Positions 15,600 through 29,917 are shown, counted from the first letter of the stretch. The stretch: 64,000 bases of DNA from the human T2T-CHM13v2.0 reference genome, Homo sapiens (GCF_009914755.1 NC_060937.1), one strand, 5' to 3'. Translations and numbers: made by a program. Notes: a model not told the origin generated them from the sequence alone.

Positions 15600-16270
15600 A
15601 CCATTTTGGAGAAACACTTTGGCAGTAAAACTAAACTTACTCCTACCCTATGACTCACCAATCCCATATCTAGGTATAGACCCTCCAAAAACTGGCTGCT
15701 AACCTCCATCAAAAGACATGTACAAGAATCTTCTAAGCAACTTTATTCACAGTAACCTGAAACTGTTAACAACCCAAATATCCATCAACAGAATTGATAA
15801 ATTGTGTTAGGTTAATACAGGGGAATACTATACAGCAAAAGAAAAATGAACAAACTACCGATACATACAACAAGGTTGAATCTTGCAGACATAAAGTTGA
15901 TCAAAAAAGGCAGAAACAGGAAATATGTAGTGTATAACTCAATTTATCAAAAATTCAAGAATAAAAAATAATTGATGATAAACATCAGAATAATTATTAG
16001 CTTGACAGGGTGATGGGGCTAGATAGGGGGAATAATTGGCTGGGGAGGCACACAAGGTTACCAGTATCTATGTATTCTCTCATGTACCCACCACCCAGAC
16101 CAAGATATGGAACCTTCTAGTTCCATTCCAAAGTCCTCTGTCTTAATGTAGATGGTGGTTAGAAGAACTGAAAAAATGTATATACATACATATATACATT
16201 CATCAAGCTGTACACTTAAGATTAGTGTACCTTATACACTTTTATCTTAAACCTTAAAAAATGAGTAATT
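15600..16270 (+). mobile_element. Old L1 (L1MC/MD-like) 3' fragment
   Basis: 'ctatgactcaccaatccc...caacccaaatatccatcaacagaa...catcaagctgtacacttaagat'. Confidence 0.7.
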
Positions 16271-19200
16271 TGAATAAATAAATAAAAGTGAATGCACATA
16301 ATAAGCTTAACTTCAGGATACCAAAATCAGTGATTTCTTAATAACATTAAGAAAGAATATTATTTAAGTACAAGCAAATCTATATTTTCATGTTATTCTA
16401 CCAAAGTGTTGTCTACCAATGGCTGCATGGTCTTTTGTATTTGTGAAACATCAAACGTTTTGTTAGCCACATTTGTTTTAAAAAATCTAGTGGTTTAAGC
16501 CTATTACCTATGCTGGCTTTGTATGAAATATGTAAGACTCATGATACCACTGTTTAAGTAAAAAGTCACTATGATTTATTGATTCTAAGATGCACACCAT
16601 TTTCATATCTCAATACTCCAAAATCATAATGTGTCTTACAATCAATCAATCATAGCATATTTTAATTGATAGCATATTTTACTTATTAATAGTATATAAA
16701 ATAATGGAGCTTCTAATAATGGATAACATAGATTTAATGAAGTTGGATTGATGGACATTTCCAAAGTTTTAGTCTCTTTCCATATACATTATACATGCTC
16801 ATGAGCTCACGTGTTCAATGTTAACTCATTTTGGGTTTACTGGAAAGTACAACAGATACACAAAGCAACTGATATCTTGTAATACAAATTAAAGTTTTCA
16901 TTATTATATTTTAAAAGGATTCACAAGCCCCAAAGCATATAAGAACCAGACAGGGAATAGATGAGTGACACAAGCCAGTGGCAGTGCCCAGGTCATGTGA
17001 GTGGTGGGCGTTACAAAAGGGCAGTTGTGCAGGAATGCTGATGTGGTATTGCCTGATCTGCGAAGTTTTTAAGAGAAGCCAAAAAATCCAATTTCTTGTA
17101 TGCCATTTACTGACCTGTAAATTTTGGCTCAAATAGAAACCATGTCTGTGAGCTGAATCTAGCCCATGGGATGCCAGTGTGTGACTTTGGGCTGAATGTA
17201 AGCTCTTTGAGGGCAGGAATCTTTATCTGTTTCATTTTACCAGTATCATTAATATCTAGAATGGAATCTAGTATGTAGTAGGTACTCAACAAATACATGT
17301 TTTGTGAATAAATAAAGTTAACGTTAAATCTCACTGACCCTTGCAGACCAATGTATAGAGAAATAGATACATGTAGAATTTTTTTAATGACATTTCTGGA
17401 TAATATAGAAGGAATTCATCTCACAGTTCCAGTAGTTTCTTTTTTTTTTAACTTGATATATTTGGAAATTTTTAAGGGAAAATTTCTATATGGTAGAAAA
17501 CCTTTTCATGCTGTGGACAAGCTAATTCTTACTTAATCTTCAAACCTGAGCTCTGTCCTTTTTCCAAAAGTCTCTTTCCTAAGAACCTATTCCCCTTCCC
17601 CTCTGTCACTCGTCTGGGCTCCCAGGGCAGCCTGGGCTTGTCTCCCCTGTGTCCTGCTCCCTACCATGTGCACTGACACACTCATCGTCTTTATTTTGGG
17701 GGCTGCTAACTTCCTGAGGTCAGCCTGGTATCTGACTTTGTATCCCTTGGCATAGAGTAAGCATTCAACAAATGTCTGTTAATTGTTTTTGTGGTATTGA
17801 ATTGTAAAAGTAAAAAATTCTGAAGTGCTTTTCTTTTTCTAGACCAGGTTTCAGTTTTATACAAATGCCCTGCTTCTGTATTCACCAAATATTTTTAGAA
17901 TCTCTGTTAAGACTAAGTCACCATCCTGACCTGCAGAGATTCAGTCTGAACAAACAGACATACATAAATAATTGTGTGTTAAAATCTATAGTAAAGGAGA
18001 AAAATGTGCTGTGAGAATATGCAGGGCATTCATTATGATTTAGAAGGATTTAGATCCTTGCCCAAGGAGGTGAAGGATTTAGATCCTTGCCCAAGGTTAG
18101 CATTCGGGGAGGATTTTCTCCTACACAGGGAGTAGCTCTCAGAACAACTACTTCATTGTAACAATTCATGGGTTGCAGAATGAGTTCTGCGTGTCACCAG
18201 GCAACCCTCCCATTCACAGGACCTGCACACTTGACAAGAAAGTCATTGATGACCCCCTTAAAGTGGGAAAGGACAGAAAATCTTACATGGGGAGCAGGTG
18301 AAGAAAGATAGTAGGTGCTCACTCTCCCCTCAAACGTTTTAGTAATGACAAGAAGTAGAACTTAAAGGAGACAGCATGCTTTTCAAGATCAGAAAGATCT
18401 GTACATTTTTAAATCAGAGGGTAAGGAATTACTGGAAGGCAGGACTACCAGATAGCTAAAAGGTAAATATTGGACTGAGATCCTTTGGGTCATGAAGGCA
18501 TGTAAAGTAGATCACAAGGAAGAGGGAGTCAGTATAGTCTCAAAAGAAATAAACGTTCAGTGTCGAGAACTGACTGTCTTAATGAAAGGATAAAGTTAGT
18601 CACAATCTCGTCTTTATCCTGATGCCTGATTGGGGAACTCTTTTAAATATATATGCATATGTATTCTGCCTTAGTCCAAAATGGTCAGAGTTGGGACTCA
18701 CTGAAGAGAACTGCACAGAAGATTTCTAGAAATTTTATCCATTTCATAACATTTTCTAGTACAATGTTAATACTTTCCTTTAAGAAACAAAACTAGAGTC
18801 AAGCAAAGCATGTTTGTTGACTAATTCCTTCAATAAACATTTAAAGGCTCCCTACTAAGTGCAAGACACTGATCTAGAGATTAAAACATGTTTAATTTTA
18901 CCCCCGGCTCCTCGCCCCCACTTGTGTCCTTTTTCTGGGGAAGTAAAAACAGGAGTAGTAGTATCTGTTGTTAGAGAGACGTTTAGCTGTTCATGATACA
19001 TGAAGCTAGGTATTAAGCACTTGCTAACCAGGGCAGCGTTAACAATAAAATTACCACTTTTCTTTGCAAATAATTCTCAAGAGTTAGTTATTAAAAATGT
19101 GAACCTAACCAGAAATGGTCTCTTCCCCCTTTTATAATCATAAATCTTGCACTGGGGAGACAAAAGTAGGATGTAAATGCATCATATGTGAATAAAATTT

Positions 19201-20215
19201 AGTTAAATAGTCACACTTGTGAGTAGACACCATGCAAATAAATGTATACATAAAAATTGGACAGCACTTAAAGAGATTTAATAATTCATCCCATTGCCTC
19301 TGCAGATAAAAGAACCAAAGTCCCATTTACGCGATGGCTAAAATATGGCAGATAATGATGCATTCATATTTAATATTGCTAATAAATTTGCAGGTTCGCA
19401 TTTTTATTGATAAACATTTTCTTGAAATACAGTGTAGGAGGACAGATTTTTAAATTTAAGTACTTTATAAATTAGAATTGTAGATAGCGATGAGATTAGT
19501 GGTGGTGCTATGTCAAGAGCCATCTACCAACTCACCTGTGCTTCTACAAGCACCTAGCTATGATTTTCCTATTTCACTTTTACGTGCAACCAAATTGCAC
19601 ACAATTTAGGGAAAAAATTAGCATGGTAGCAGAGTAATGATCATAGTAAATATCATGCTTCTCCTTGTTGACATAAATTACATATAATATTTCAGAAAAA
19701 GATTTTTGTTAGTCTAGCTTAATATATGGAAATATTTTGCCTATAGAATTTATGTATCGAGGAAATACTTAAGTTTCTTTTAAGATGATCTCTTTGACAC
19801 ACACAAGAAAGGTATATTGTACAGTCCAGACAGTTTGAGGGCTAAAATTATTTCTATTCCTTGGAGGCTATAAAATCTCATTTCCAGCTACACAGGCTTT
19901 AATGAAATATTGTATAGCTTAGGATACAGGAAGATTTATTTCTTTTTTGGGTGAGTTCTCTCTAAAATTTCAGGGAAAATTTTTGAGAAAATGAATTTAT
20001 ACCTTAAAAATAATATTCCAGAATTCATCTTAAAATAGCATAGAAAGCTAAAATATATTTTTGTAACAAAAGTTTTGTTATATTTAATAATTCTATAAAA
20101 TCTTGGTGTTCTTTCTGCTGATCACCCTCTGAATTAATTGGAACCTATAACTTTCTGAATTTTATTTTGTATAATTGGTAGACTTCATGTCTCATTCTTT
20201 TTTTTCCCCATTAAG

Positions 20216-20278
20216 ATTCCAGAAGCTTATTTCATTAGAGACCCCCACACTTTCCTTCTTACAAAGGACTTTATTAAG
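20216..20278 (+). CDS. NBEA: Alternative 63-nt cassette exon of NBEA (IPEAYFIRDPHTFLLTKDFIK)
   Basis: Polypyrimidine tract + ttaag|ATT acceptor, AAG|gtatat donor, 21 codons without stop, phase 0-0 matching the host intron; downstream TGCATG motifs. Confidence 0.85.
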
Positions 20279-20324
20279 GTATATGTTCTGTATTTAGTGT
20301 GGAAAGTGTTCTTTGGTCTTTAGC

Positions 20325-20334
20325 TGCATGCATG
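20325..20334 (+). promoter_or_regulatory. Overlapping RBFOX elements TGCATGCATG downstream of the cassette exon
   Basis: Two UGCAUG hexamers 47-56 nt after the 20278 donor; further GCATG at 20406. Confidence 0.65.
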
Positions 20335-20605
20335 TATTCACAGGTTAGATTTTCCACATTTAACCCCAGCTTCTGGGAATAAGAATAGTGACTGGGTTAA
20401 CTGAAGCATGTTTGGAAGGAGAAGCAAAGCTTGTCTACAAAATACTAACACTTGGATGATTCTGCACCCTGAGAAAAGAGCACCCGTTGAATTTTCTGGA
20501 CTTTTTTTCATGGCTGACTTGGGATACACTTGCGTTGTCAAAGAGTGTGTTGGCCTCTCTCTTTGATGCATATTGATTATGACAATCACCCTCCTTCCCC
20601 TGCAG

Positions 20606-20695
20606 GCCATGGAGGCACAGATACAGAACTTTGGACAGACGCCATCTCAGTTGCTTATTGAGCCACATCCGCCTCGGAGCTCTGCCATGCACCTG
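20606..20695 (+). CDS. NBEA: NBEA coding exon, end of BEACH domain ([30 protein letters not shown])
   Basis: ctgcag|GCC, CTG|gtaaga, 90 nt; FGQTPxQL..PHPPR is the BEACH C-terminal motif. Confidence 0.97.
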
Positions 20696-21139
20696 GTAAG
20701 ACATATCAGCATGTTGAGATTTTTTTTTCTTTCCTTTTTACCTGGGAATAGAGCAAATAAAATTGTGATTTTAACAGCATATTTTAAAAGGCTTCTCGAT
20801 TTATTGGTTAACTCTTCAGCCTAAGTACAAACTAATACCCCAGGGAGAGACAGAGAAGGAAGTGTAAATCTACCTTTAAGTCCTACTTAAGCTGTCCCAC
20901 TTTTGGATTCACAAAAATAGCCATCTTCTCTATGTATGACTCTACATAAACTCATTCATGCACACACAGGCATAGAGACACACACTGACACCAGAATTAG
21001 ACTATATTTGTAAATTACAATGAAAAATGTATTGCAGACACAATATGATATTGCCAAATTTCGTGGCAAGATACAGTAGGGGAAGTAGTTCATTTGAATA
21101 AAAGGAAAGAAATATAAAGGTAATTTGTGGTTATTACAG

Positions 21140-21380
21140 AGAGGTTGTTGAACAGAGTGGTTAAGAGTAAGGGCCCCAGAGCCGGACAGGGCAAACACCA
21201 TCTCTGCACTAGCTAGTAAATGACTTGGGCAAGGTATTTAACCTCTCTGTTTTTGCATTTCAGCATCTTCAAAATAGAGGTAAAAATAGTACCTACTACT
21301 GAGAATTGAATGATTCAATACTGTATAGCACTTAGACCAGCACCTGTCATACAATAAGTTCTTAATAAATGTGAGCTGAC
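21140..21380 (+). mobile_element. MIR SINE
   Basis: 'agagtggttaagag...tgacttgggcaaggtatttaacctctctg...aaaatagaggtaaaaatagtacctac' MIR core. Confidence 0.8.
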
Positions 21381-21910
21381 ATCATCATAATTAGCTACTG
21401 GTTAAACCTCTTATTCCCACTTTGCAAGGGAGTCATATTCTTTTCATTTTAATCTGAATTTAAAAGTCCATTTCCATAAAAAAGTTTCTTTACAGTTTAT
21501 TAGCAAATAGTAAACATTTTCTTCTTTAAGTAATTTGAAGAAGGTAAAATTTTTATGAGCAATTTCTTTAGAATTTTTTTTAAAACTGATTTTTCACTAT
21601 TTTTTTACTGAAGTAAACAATTCTTGAAGGTAAAAATGCGTTCACAAGATGAACTTCAAGACAACAAGTACTCTAATTTTAGAGTAAAGAGCTCTGGAAT
21701 ATGGTCCATAATATATGTGTAAACAAATGTATAAGCTGTTATTTTGTGATGGAAGTATTAATCACACCTTTCATTTACTCTGTCATTTAACGAATTTTTA
21801 TTGAGCCCCTTCTGTATGTCAGATCTGATGCTAAGCACTGGAGATACAGTGACAAATAAGTCCTCTAAACTTTCAAGAAATCAGTAGTCGAACTTTTGGG
21901 AAACACATAA

Positions 21911-22211
<301 letters not shown>

Positions 22212-22231
22212 TAAATGCATTTGTTTTTAAA

Positions 22232-22512
22232 TTTTTTTTTAAGATAGGGTCTCACTCTGTTGCACAGGCTAGAATATAGCGCCATGATCATGGCTCACTG
22301 CAGCCTCAAACTCCTAGGCTCACACGATCTTTCTTCCTCAGTCTTCCTAGTAGCTGGGACTACGGGTGTGTGCCACCATGCCTGGCTAAATTTTTAAAAT
22401 TTTTTGTAGAGATTGGGTTTTGCTGTGTTTCCCAGGCTGGTCTTGAACTCCTGGGGACCCTCAGTCTCCCAAAGCGCTGGGAATACAGGCATAAGCCACC
22501 ATGCCTGCCTGG
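22232..22512 (-). mobile_element. AluJ (diverged)
   Basis: 'agggtctcactctg...atcatggctcactgcagcctcaaactcctaggctc' AluJ diagnostics. Confidence 0.9.
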
Positions 22513-23160
22513 TGTGTGTTTAAACTCTTTTTTTTTTTTTTTTTTTTTTTTTTTACCTTCCTTCAACAGCTCAGCCAAACAGCTTCAGCCTCCTTGGTTA
22601 GTCACTAGTGAACTCTTTTGACTGCAGTTGGTCTTTCTGTGTAACTAAACAGAAAGGTTTGCACCAAGCTCAGGCTGTTGCCGTATAAACCCCTCAGCCA
22701 CATTGTAGACATAGAGATGTGGCCTCGGAGCCTCACCGTTTTTAATAAACTGTCCAGAAGAATATCTCTAACACTTTATTTTATGAAATGCTTTGGCAGA
22801 AGAGTTTTATTCCCGTGTTAGTTTTCTGTGTTTAATAATAATAATAAAAATATTTATCCTGGAGATATGCCCAGTCAGAATTCATTACTTTCCTAGAGGA
22901 AGTTGTTAGAGACTGAATTGGCATGAAACTGTTTATAAAGAAACTCTAAGCTTTCTAAGTTCATGTAGCAGAGAATTCATATATACTGCAAACCATTAAG
23001 AAACATGTATGAAAGCTAAATAATGGTTATTTCCAGCCTCCCTACTTTATGTTTTTAATATGGTGGTATTTGTAGTGTTTTGTAGGACTTACAGTATCTA
23101 CTTTCTGTCAAGTCATATGCTAGATGTTGACAAAACAGACGCTAAAAACAGAAAGAAGAA

Positions 23161-23398
23161 AACACATGGACACGTGACAGGGAACAACACGCACTGGGGC
23201 CTGTCATGGGGGTGGGGGTGGTGGGAGGGGAGCATCAGGAAGAACAGCTAATGTATGCAGGGCTTACTACCAAGGTGATGGGTTGATCTGTGCAGCAAAC
23301 CACCATGGCACACGTTTACCTATGTAACAACCTGCGTGTCCTGCACATGTATCCTGGAACTTAAAATAATTAAAAAAAAAGAAGAAGAAGAAGAAAAA
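23161..23398 (+). mobile_element. Older L1PA 3' terminal fragment with A-tail
   Basis: 'gggaacaacac...gggttgatctgtgcagcaaaccaccatggcacacgtttacctatgtaaca...gaacttaaaat'. Confidence 0.9.
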
Positions 23399-24001
23399 GC
23401 ATTGGCCCTCCATAAGCTCCCAGCCTAGAAGGGAGAAACAAGGCTTCAACCATAAACAGTCAGTGCCAGAGCAGAACCTGGGGAGAACTGCCAGGGAAGC
23501 GCTCGGCTACTTTATGGGGCTACTGTATTTTAATTATTTAGACTGTAGTCATGACCCCAGATCAACCAGATAGAAATGAAAGTATTAGTCAATTCACTTT
23601 ATATTTCGTGTAAAAAATGGGAGTCACTAATTTGACTAACTTTCCCACCAAACTGATTTTTAAGCTGCATTGCATAACTGTGTTACGTCATGTGGGTGTG
23701 TCTATGAGCTAACTTTTCACATTGCATTGTGGTGATATTTGAATTGAGGCTGGTCTTTAATGATTCTGTGTCCCTGTATCAGTGCCTTCACAGAATTCTT
23801 ATTCTCTACTCTCTGTGCCATTCCCCAGTCAAAGCTGCTCGATTTGGGGCAGACATTCACCAGTATGAAAGTTTAGGTGGCTTTTCCTCCTTGTGTGTGC
23901 TCGTGCTAGCCTTGTCTGTTTAACCTCATTCTCCCTAGACCTTTCACTAACTATGTTATTCCTTTTGTCTTCCTCTGTTCTCTTCCCTTTCTATTCAACA
24001 G

Positions 24002-24194
24002 TGTTTCCTTCCACAGAGTCCGCTCATGTTTAAAGATCAGATGCAACAGGATGTGATAATGGTGCTGAAGTTTCCTTCAAATTCTCCAGTAACCCATGTG
24101 GCAGCCAACACTCTGCCCCACTTGACCATCCCCGCAGTGGTGACAGTGACTTGCAGCCGACTCTTTGCAGTGAATAGATGGCACAACACAGTAG
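24002..24194 (+). CDS. NBEA: NBEA coding exon (CFLPQSPLMFKDQMQQDV...NRWHNTVG); second in-frame acceptor at 24017
   Basis: Long pyrimidine tract, aacag|TGT, G|gtatgt donor, 193 nt phase 0-1. Confidence 0.95.
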
Positions 24195-24822
24195 GTATGT
24201 GTGCCTGAGCAAATCACTTACTAAAGATTTCTTAAAAGCTACAATTAAAGTAAAAAAGTGTACTGGGATTAGCTCATATCCCACATTATCTACAAAAAAC
24301 AGCAGACTAAATAAATAATTGTCAAATCCAACTAAGGGACTTCTATCTGTCTCCTTCATTTCTGCTGTATGTTAGTGCCTCATAGGATGCTTGGATCATA
24401 GTCAACTACTCAGTAACTATTTGACAAATTGAAGCAGTTCTACCAATAATTCAGGTTCTCCTACTCTATTCTGCTATTGCCTAACTGCAAAAAAATACAC
24501 CCTTCTTTTTTCCTATATCAAACAGAAGAGAGTTTGAATATGGGTTTCTGGATGCTGGCTTCACATCCTCTTGTCTCTATATCAGTAATTTATTTAGCAA
24601 ATATTTGAATGACTATTATGTGTCAAGTAGTCCCAAGCACTGTATATACAGCAATAAACAAAACAAGCACCAACTCTATTTTTGCAGAGCTTAGAATCTT
24701 TGCAAAAAGACAAAATCTAAATTCTCCAGTGATTTCACACTTCACATGTGTTTCTCCAAACTCTTTCCTGAAAGTACCAGCCAGTACATCTTGAAGCGAC
24801 ATAACGTTGTGGCAAACATTTA

Positions 24823-25222
<400 letters not shown>

Positions 25223-25671
25223 CTATTTTACTGACCTCTACATTGCTCTAAAAAATACAGTGATTTATATCCTAGCTTTATCTCCTAAGAGTTTCTAAGT
25301 GCACCTATTTTAAGGTTATTGGTGATATTATCAACGTAAGGTAACGCTACTTCCATTCCATCAGAGATAGGCAGCACATATCTTAAGGAAAATATATGAC
25401 TGTATTATTCTCAGGAGACAGCCTCTAGAAATGTTTTGCATTGAGAAAAACTACAAAGGACTAAATTTTTATTTAAAATTGTTTGAAAGTGTTGTATATA
25501 TTATATAATCACGTGTGAAAAACTATGACTAATGAACTTCATCAAGCTCTAAACATTAATCCTCTGAAAGTAGCTTTTAGTGAGATTAAGATTTTAGGTG
25601 TGGCCCAATTTTTATACCTTCCATTTACTTGTCACATGTTGAAAAAAAGGCCCCATTGGATGGGAGCCCCA

Positions 25672-25826
25672 GCTTCCTGTGTCCTGCCCCAGGTGAGCGC
25701 AGGCTCATACCCATCCCTGCTTGGAAGCATAGCCCTTTCATTGATTTCTGCTTCCTGTGTCCTGCCCCAGGTGAGCCCAGCCTCATACCCATCCCTGCTT
25801 GGAAGCATAGCCCTTTCATTGATTTC
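25672..25826. repeat. 78-bp tandem duplication (2 copies, 2 substitutions)
   Basis: gcttcctgtgtcctgccccaggtgagc...ttgatttc at 25672 and 25750. Confidence 0.97.
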
Positions 25827-26145
25827 AGGCTCATTGATTGCTCATGACCTTAGCTTTTTGATGGGTTCAATAAATGTTACAATCTTCTATTTATCCAGCT
25901 TTTTCTCATCATTAGAACAGAAACAAAACTCTTCCCAGCCTTGTACATCGTAAGTGGAAACCTGAAGTCCCTGTTGTGATTATTTTGTAAGGCTGTCTAC
26001 AGAGACACATAGTATCAGAACAATTTATCAAATCATTTTTAAGCAAATATGCATTTTGTAAAATCATCATAAAACACTACCCATTAGGAAATCCCTTCTT
26101 TCTGAGAATTTTATGTTAGTTTTTCTCTCTTTCTTTAATCTTTAG

Positions 26146-26217
26146 GCCTCAGAGGAGCTCCAGGATACTCCTTGGATCAAGCCCACCATCTTCCCATTGA
26201 AATGGATCCATTAATAG
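26146..26217 (+). CDS. NBEA: NBEA coding exon (GLRGAPGYSLDQAHHLPIEMDPLIA)
   Basis: ctttag|GC, ATAG|gtatgt, 72 nt phase 1-1, frame continuous with neighbours. Confidence 0.95.
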
Positions 26218-26548
26218 GTATGTTAATAAAAAAGAATAAATTTTCATGGATACTATCCATATATTCATATATAGTTATTTTTCATAAGATAGTTGAACAA
26301 TATTTTTTCTACCACAAGATTAAAATGCTAATAATATCAAATTATCATCAAGGAGCTGTGTAAATCATAATATGCCATCTAAGAACTTTTTGGTATTAAA
26401 GCAATCGTTTCTTGATATTTTTGGAGGTCATTTAAGTTGGTTATAAATAAGGCAAATAATTCCAAACTGTATTTTCTTTCAGCCTAAAGTGTTCTCTAAC
26501 AGCTCAGTATTATTTAAAATATAAGGATTCAAAAAGATTACTAAAGGC

Positions 26549-26697
26549 TGGGGGAGGAATAGCATTAGGAGAAATACCTGATGTAAATGACAAGTTGATG
26601 GGTGCAGCAAACCAACATGGCACATGTATACCTATGTAACAAACCTGCACATTGTGCACATGTACCCCAGAACTTAAATTTAAAAAAAAAAAAAAAA
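26549..26697 (+). mobile_element. L1PA 3' terminal fragment
   Basis: 'tagcattaggagaaatacct...gggtgcagcaaaccaacatggcacatgtatacc...cagaacttaaa' + poly(A). Confidence 0.92.
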
Positions 26698-26698
26698 G

Positions 26699-27334
<636 letters not shown>

Positions 27335-27666
27335 ACCTCTGGCAGTCTTTATCATTGAATTTTTTTAAACTGACATGTTGTAAAGCAAATGTTTCATATG
27401 AATTGCAAACTGATGAGCTATAACTCTTTGCAGCAGACATTCAAAATATTTTTAAATAATCGTGTACATATTTATTAGCCATTGGATCCAGAGCTAGCAT
27501 CTTAGTCTTTCGAGGCCCTTCCGGTTTCATATATGTAAGACAGTTTTTAATAATGTTTGTTCTATCTGTATCACTGGATGATTAGTAAGATAAATTAGAA
27601 AAAAATTGAAAATGCTACGAAAAATTATTAAGCTACATATTAAAGTCAAGGTGTTTTATTCTTAGG

Positions 27667-27970
27667 TTCTTTTTTTTTTTTTTTTTTGAGATGGAGTCTC
27701 ATTATGTCACCCAGGCTGGAGTGCAGTGATGCAATCTCAGACCACTGCAACCTCCGCCTCCCAGGTTAAACCAATTCCCCCACCTCAGCCTCCTGAGTAG
27801 CTGGGATTACAGGCGTGCACCACCACGCCTGTCTAATTTTTGTATTTTTAGTAGAGACAGGGTTTCACCGTGTTGGCCAGGCTGGTCTCGAACTCCTGAC
27901 CTTAAGTGATCTGCCTGCCTGGCCCTCCCAGAGTCCTGGGATTACAGACGTGAGCCACCACGCGCAGCCT
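27667..27970 (-). mobile_element. AluS, TSD TTATTCTTAG
   Basis: Reverse Alu consensus. Confidence 0.94.
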
Positions 27971-29193
27971 CTTATTCTTAGATTCAAATTCATCCTTCGT
28001 CTTTGAACCTGGAAATAAGATAAGATACAGACGTTTCAATTAGTTACTTATACCCATACACAAAATACCATTTACATGTCTTTGGGAGCTTATAAGCTTT
28101 AGGATTAAGAATATTATTAGTCTAGTCTAGCTATTTCTCTTTCCAGTAGACATTGACAATGAAATATACAGCTAGTGTGTAACCATGGAAAAATTAATAG
28201 GTCTATTCTAATTAGTAAAGGACCAACTGTATAGTTTTCAAGTGGCCTGGGACCCTTGGTCTTCTTGTCCTTACTGACTTTTGTGTATAATATTTTTATT
28301 GCTTATGTTTCTTAGTAATTATTTTTATACTGTTAGTAGATATCTACAGATAGTAGTACTTAATATTTAACTGGTGTTAGAGAGTGGTGGTGACCTTCTA
28401 CATCTGCATTTCTGTTTAAGAATTCAGCCCAGTGATTTATCCTGAAAGGATGGTGCGCAGTAAGGGACAGGCTGGCATGCAGACAGGCACTGGGGAAATC
28501 AGATGGTGTCTCTGAGTTCCTGACTTTATTCAGATTCAATCCCAGGGCTCTGCACTGATTCTTTGCCTGTCTCTTTCCTCCCCAGTCCCTCTCTCATCTT
28601 TTTTGTTCCTCTCCTCCCCTGCTAGCCCTTTCTGGAAAGGCCTTCTGTCTGTTGACAATCCAGGCCTGTAAAGCTGCTGACCTGAAGCTCCCTGTGGGGC
28701 TGCCCACGTAACAACATCCCTTGCTCAAATCTCTACCCTCCTTTTTCACAGGAATTATAAATACCATCTGAAAATGACAGACTTGGGGCAAATATTAATA
28801 TATCTCTTCCTTAATAACATACTTCATACAATATTTAGTTTTCATGTGATTCTTATAAACTAATGAACTTGTATATAGTGAACATCTAAAGAATTAAATG
28901 CATTAAAATATTGTATTATGTTTTAAATTAATTGTCTTGAATTCCTCATATTGTTTTTATTGGTGGAGGGAGAACTAAAATTTCTGGCATAATTTTAAAA
29001 TACATAATGTGGTTCATAAATAATTACTGCGAAGGAAATTTATATTCCTCAAGGGAGAATCTTAATAATCTCATACCATTAAAAAAACTATTTCTGGATA
29101 AATGAAGCATGAAAGTATTGTTTTCCTTCTTTGAGTGCTTGGCAAAACTCATATGGAATCTTTCTTCAAATGCTTTTTTCCATTTACTTTTAG

Positions 29194-29349
29194 CCAATAA
29201 TTCAGGTGTAAACAAACGGCAGATCACAGACCTCGTTGACCAGAGTATACAAATCAATGCACATTGTTTTGTGGTAACAGCAGATAATCGCTATATTCTT
29301 ATCTGTGGATTCTGGGATAAGAGCTTCAGAGTTTATTCTACAGAAACAG
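29194..29349 (+). CDS. NBEA: NBEA coding exon, WD40 region (ANNSGVNKRQ...CGFWDKSFRVYSTETG)
   Basis: ttttag|CC, CAG|gtaatc, 156 nt phase 1-1; GFWDKSFRV WD40-like motif. Confidence 0.96.
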
Positions 29350-29917
29350 GTAATCCTAACTATGAAACACCATATTCTCTTCAAAATGACTATTGTTAAA
29401 ACCAAAGCTGAATATGAAATCATACTTAATGTAGGCATTTTTATCATTTGCCAACTTGAGTAGTCAAGATTCAAATTAAATGTTCACATTGTAAGCAAAG
29501 TAACTAACTATAACTTCATGTATTCCGAACGTTAGCATGATCCCAGAATTCATAGGACAAATGGGGCTATTGTTCCTTTCCCACAAATTCATATGCAGTA
29601 AAAGATCCTAAAACTCCCCTTGGTCTGGCCCAAACCCTGAAGAGAAAAATCGTGATTGTGTTATTTTATAAAGTCTTTTCTTTAAAAATCTCAAGTGACA
29701 TTCTTGTATCAGTTTCCAAAAGCAATGCAAGAAAGCAACCTGTAGCCAGATTTGAATAACATTGTAACTTTGTCAGCCCATAGATGAACTTTTCACAAAA
29801 CTGGTAAAATAAAATTAAAAATATGGTAAAATTTTTTAAAAAATCTGATAAAGTTACACTTATTACCATTTGAAGAAAAAGACTAAATGAAGCAAACCTG
29901 TCATTTCTGTGTTGCAG

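Noticed and set aside
16578-16647. Imperfect inverted repeat attgattctaagatgcac...gtgtcttacaatcaat
   Set aside because: Looks like a decayed DNA-transposon/old repeat remnant; cannot support an RNA gene
25525-25953. 142-aa ORF with an internal 26-aa repeat
   Set aside because: Produced by the 78-bp DNA duplication; no coding evidence
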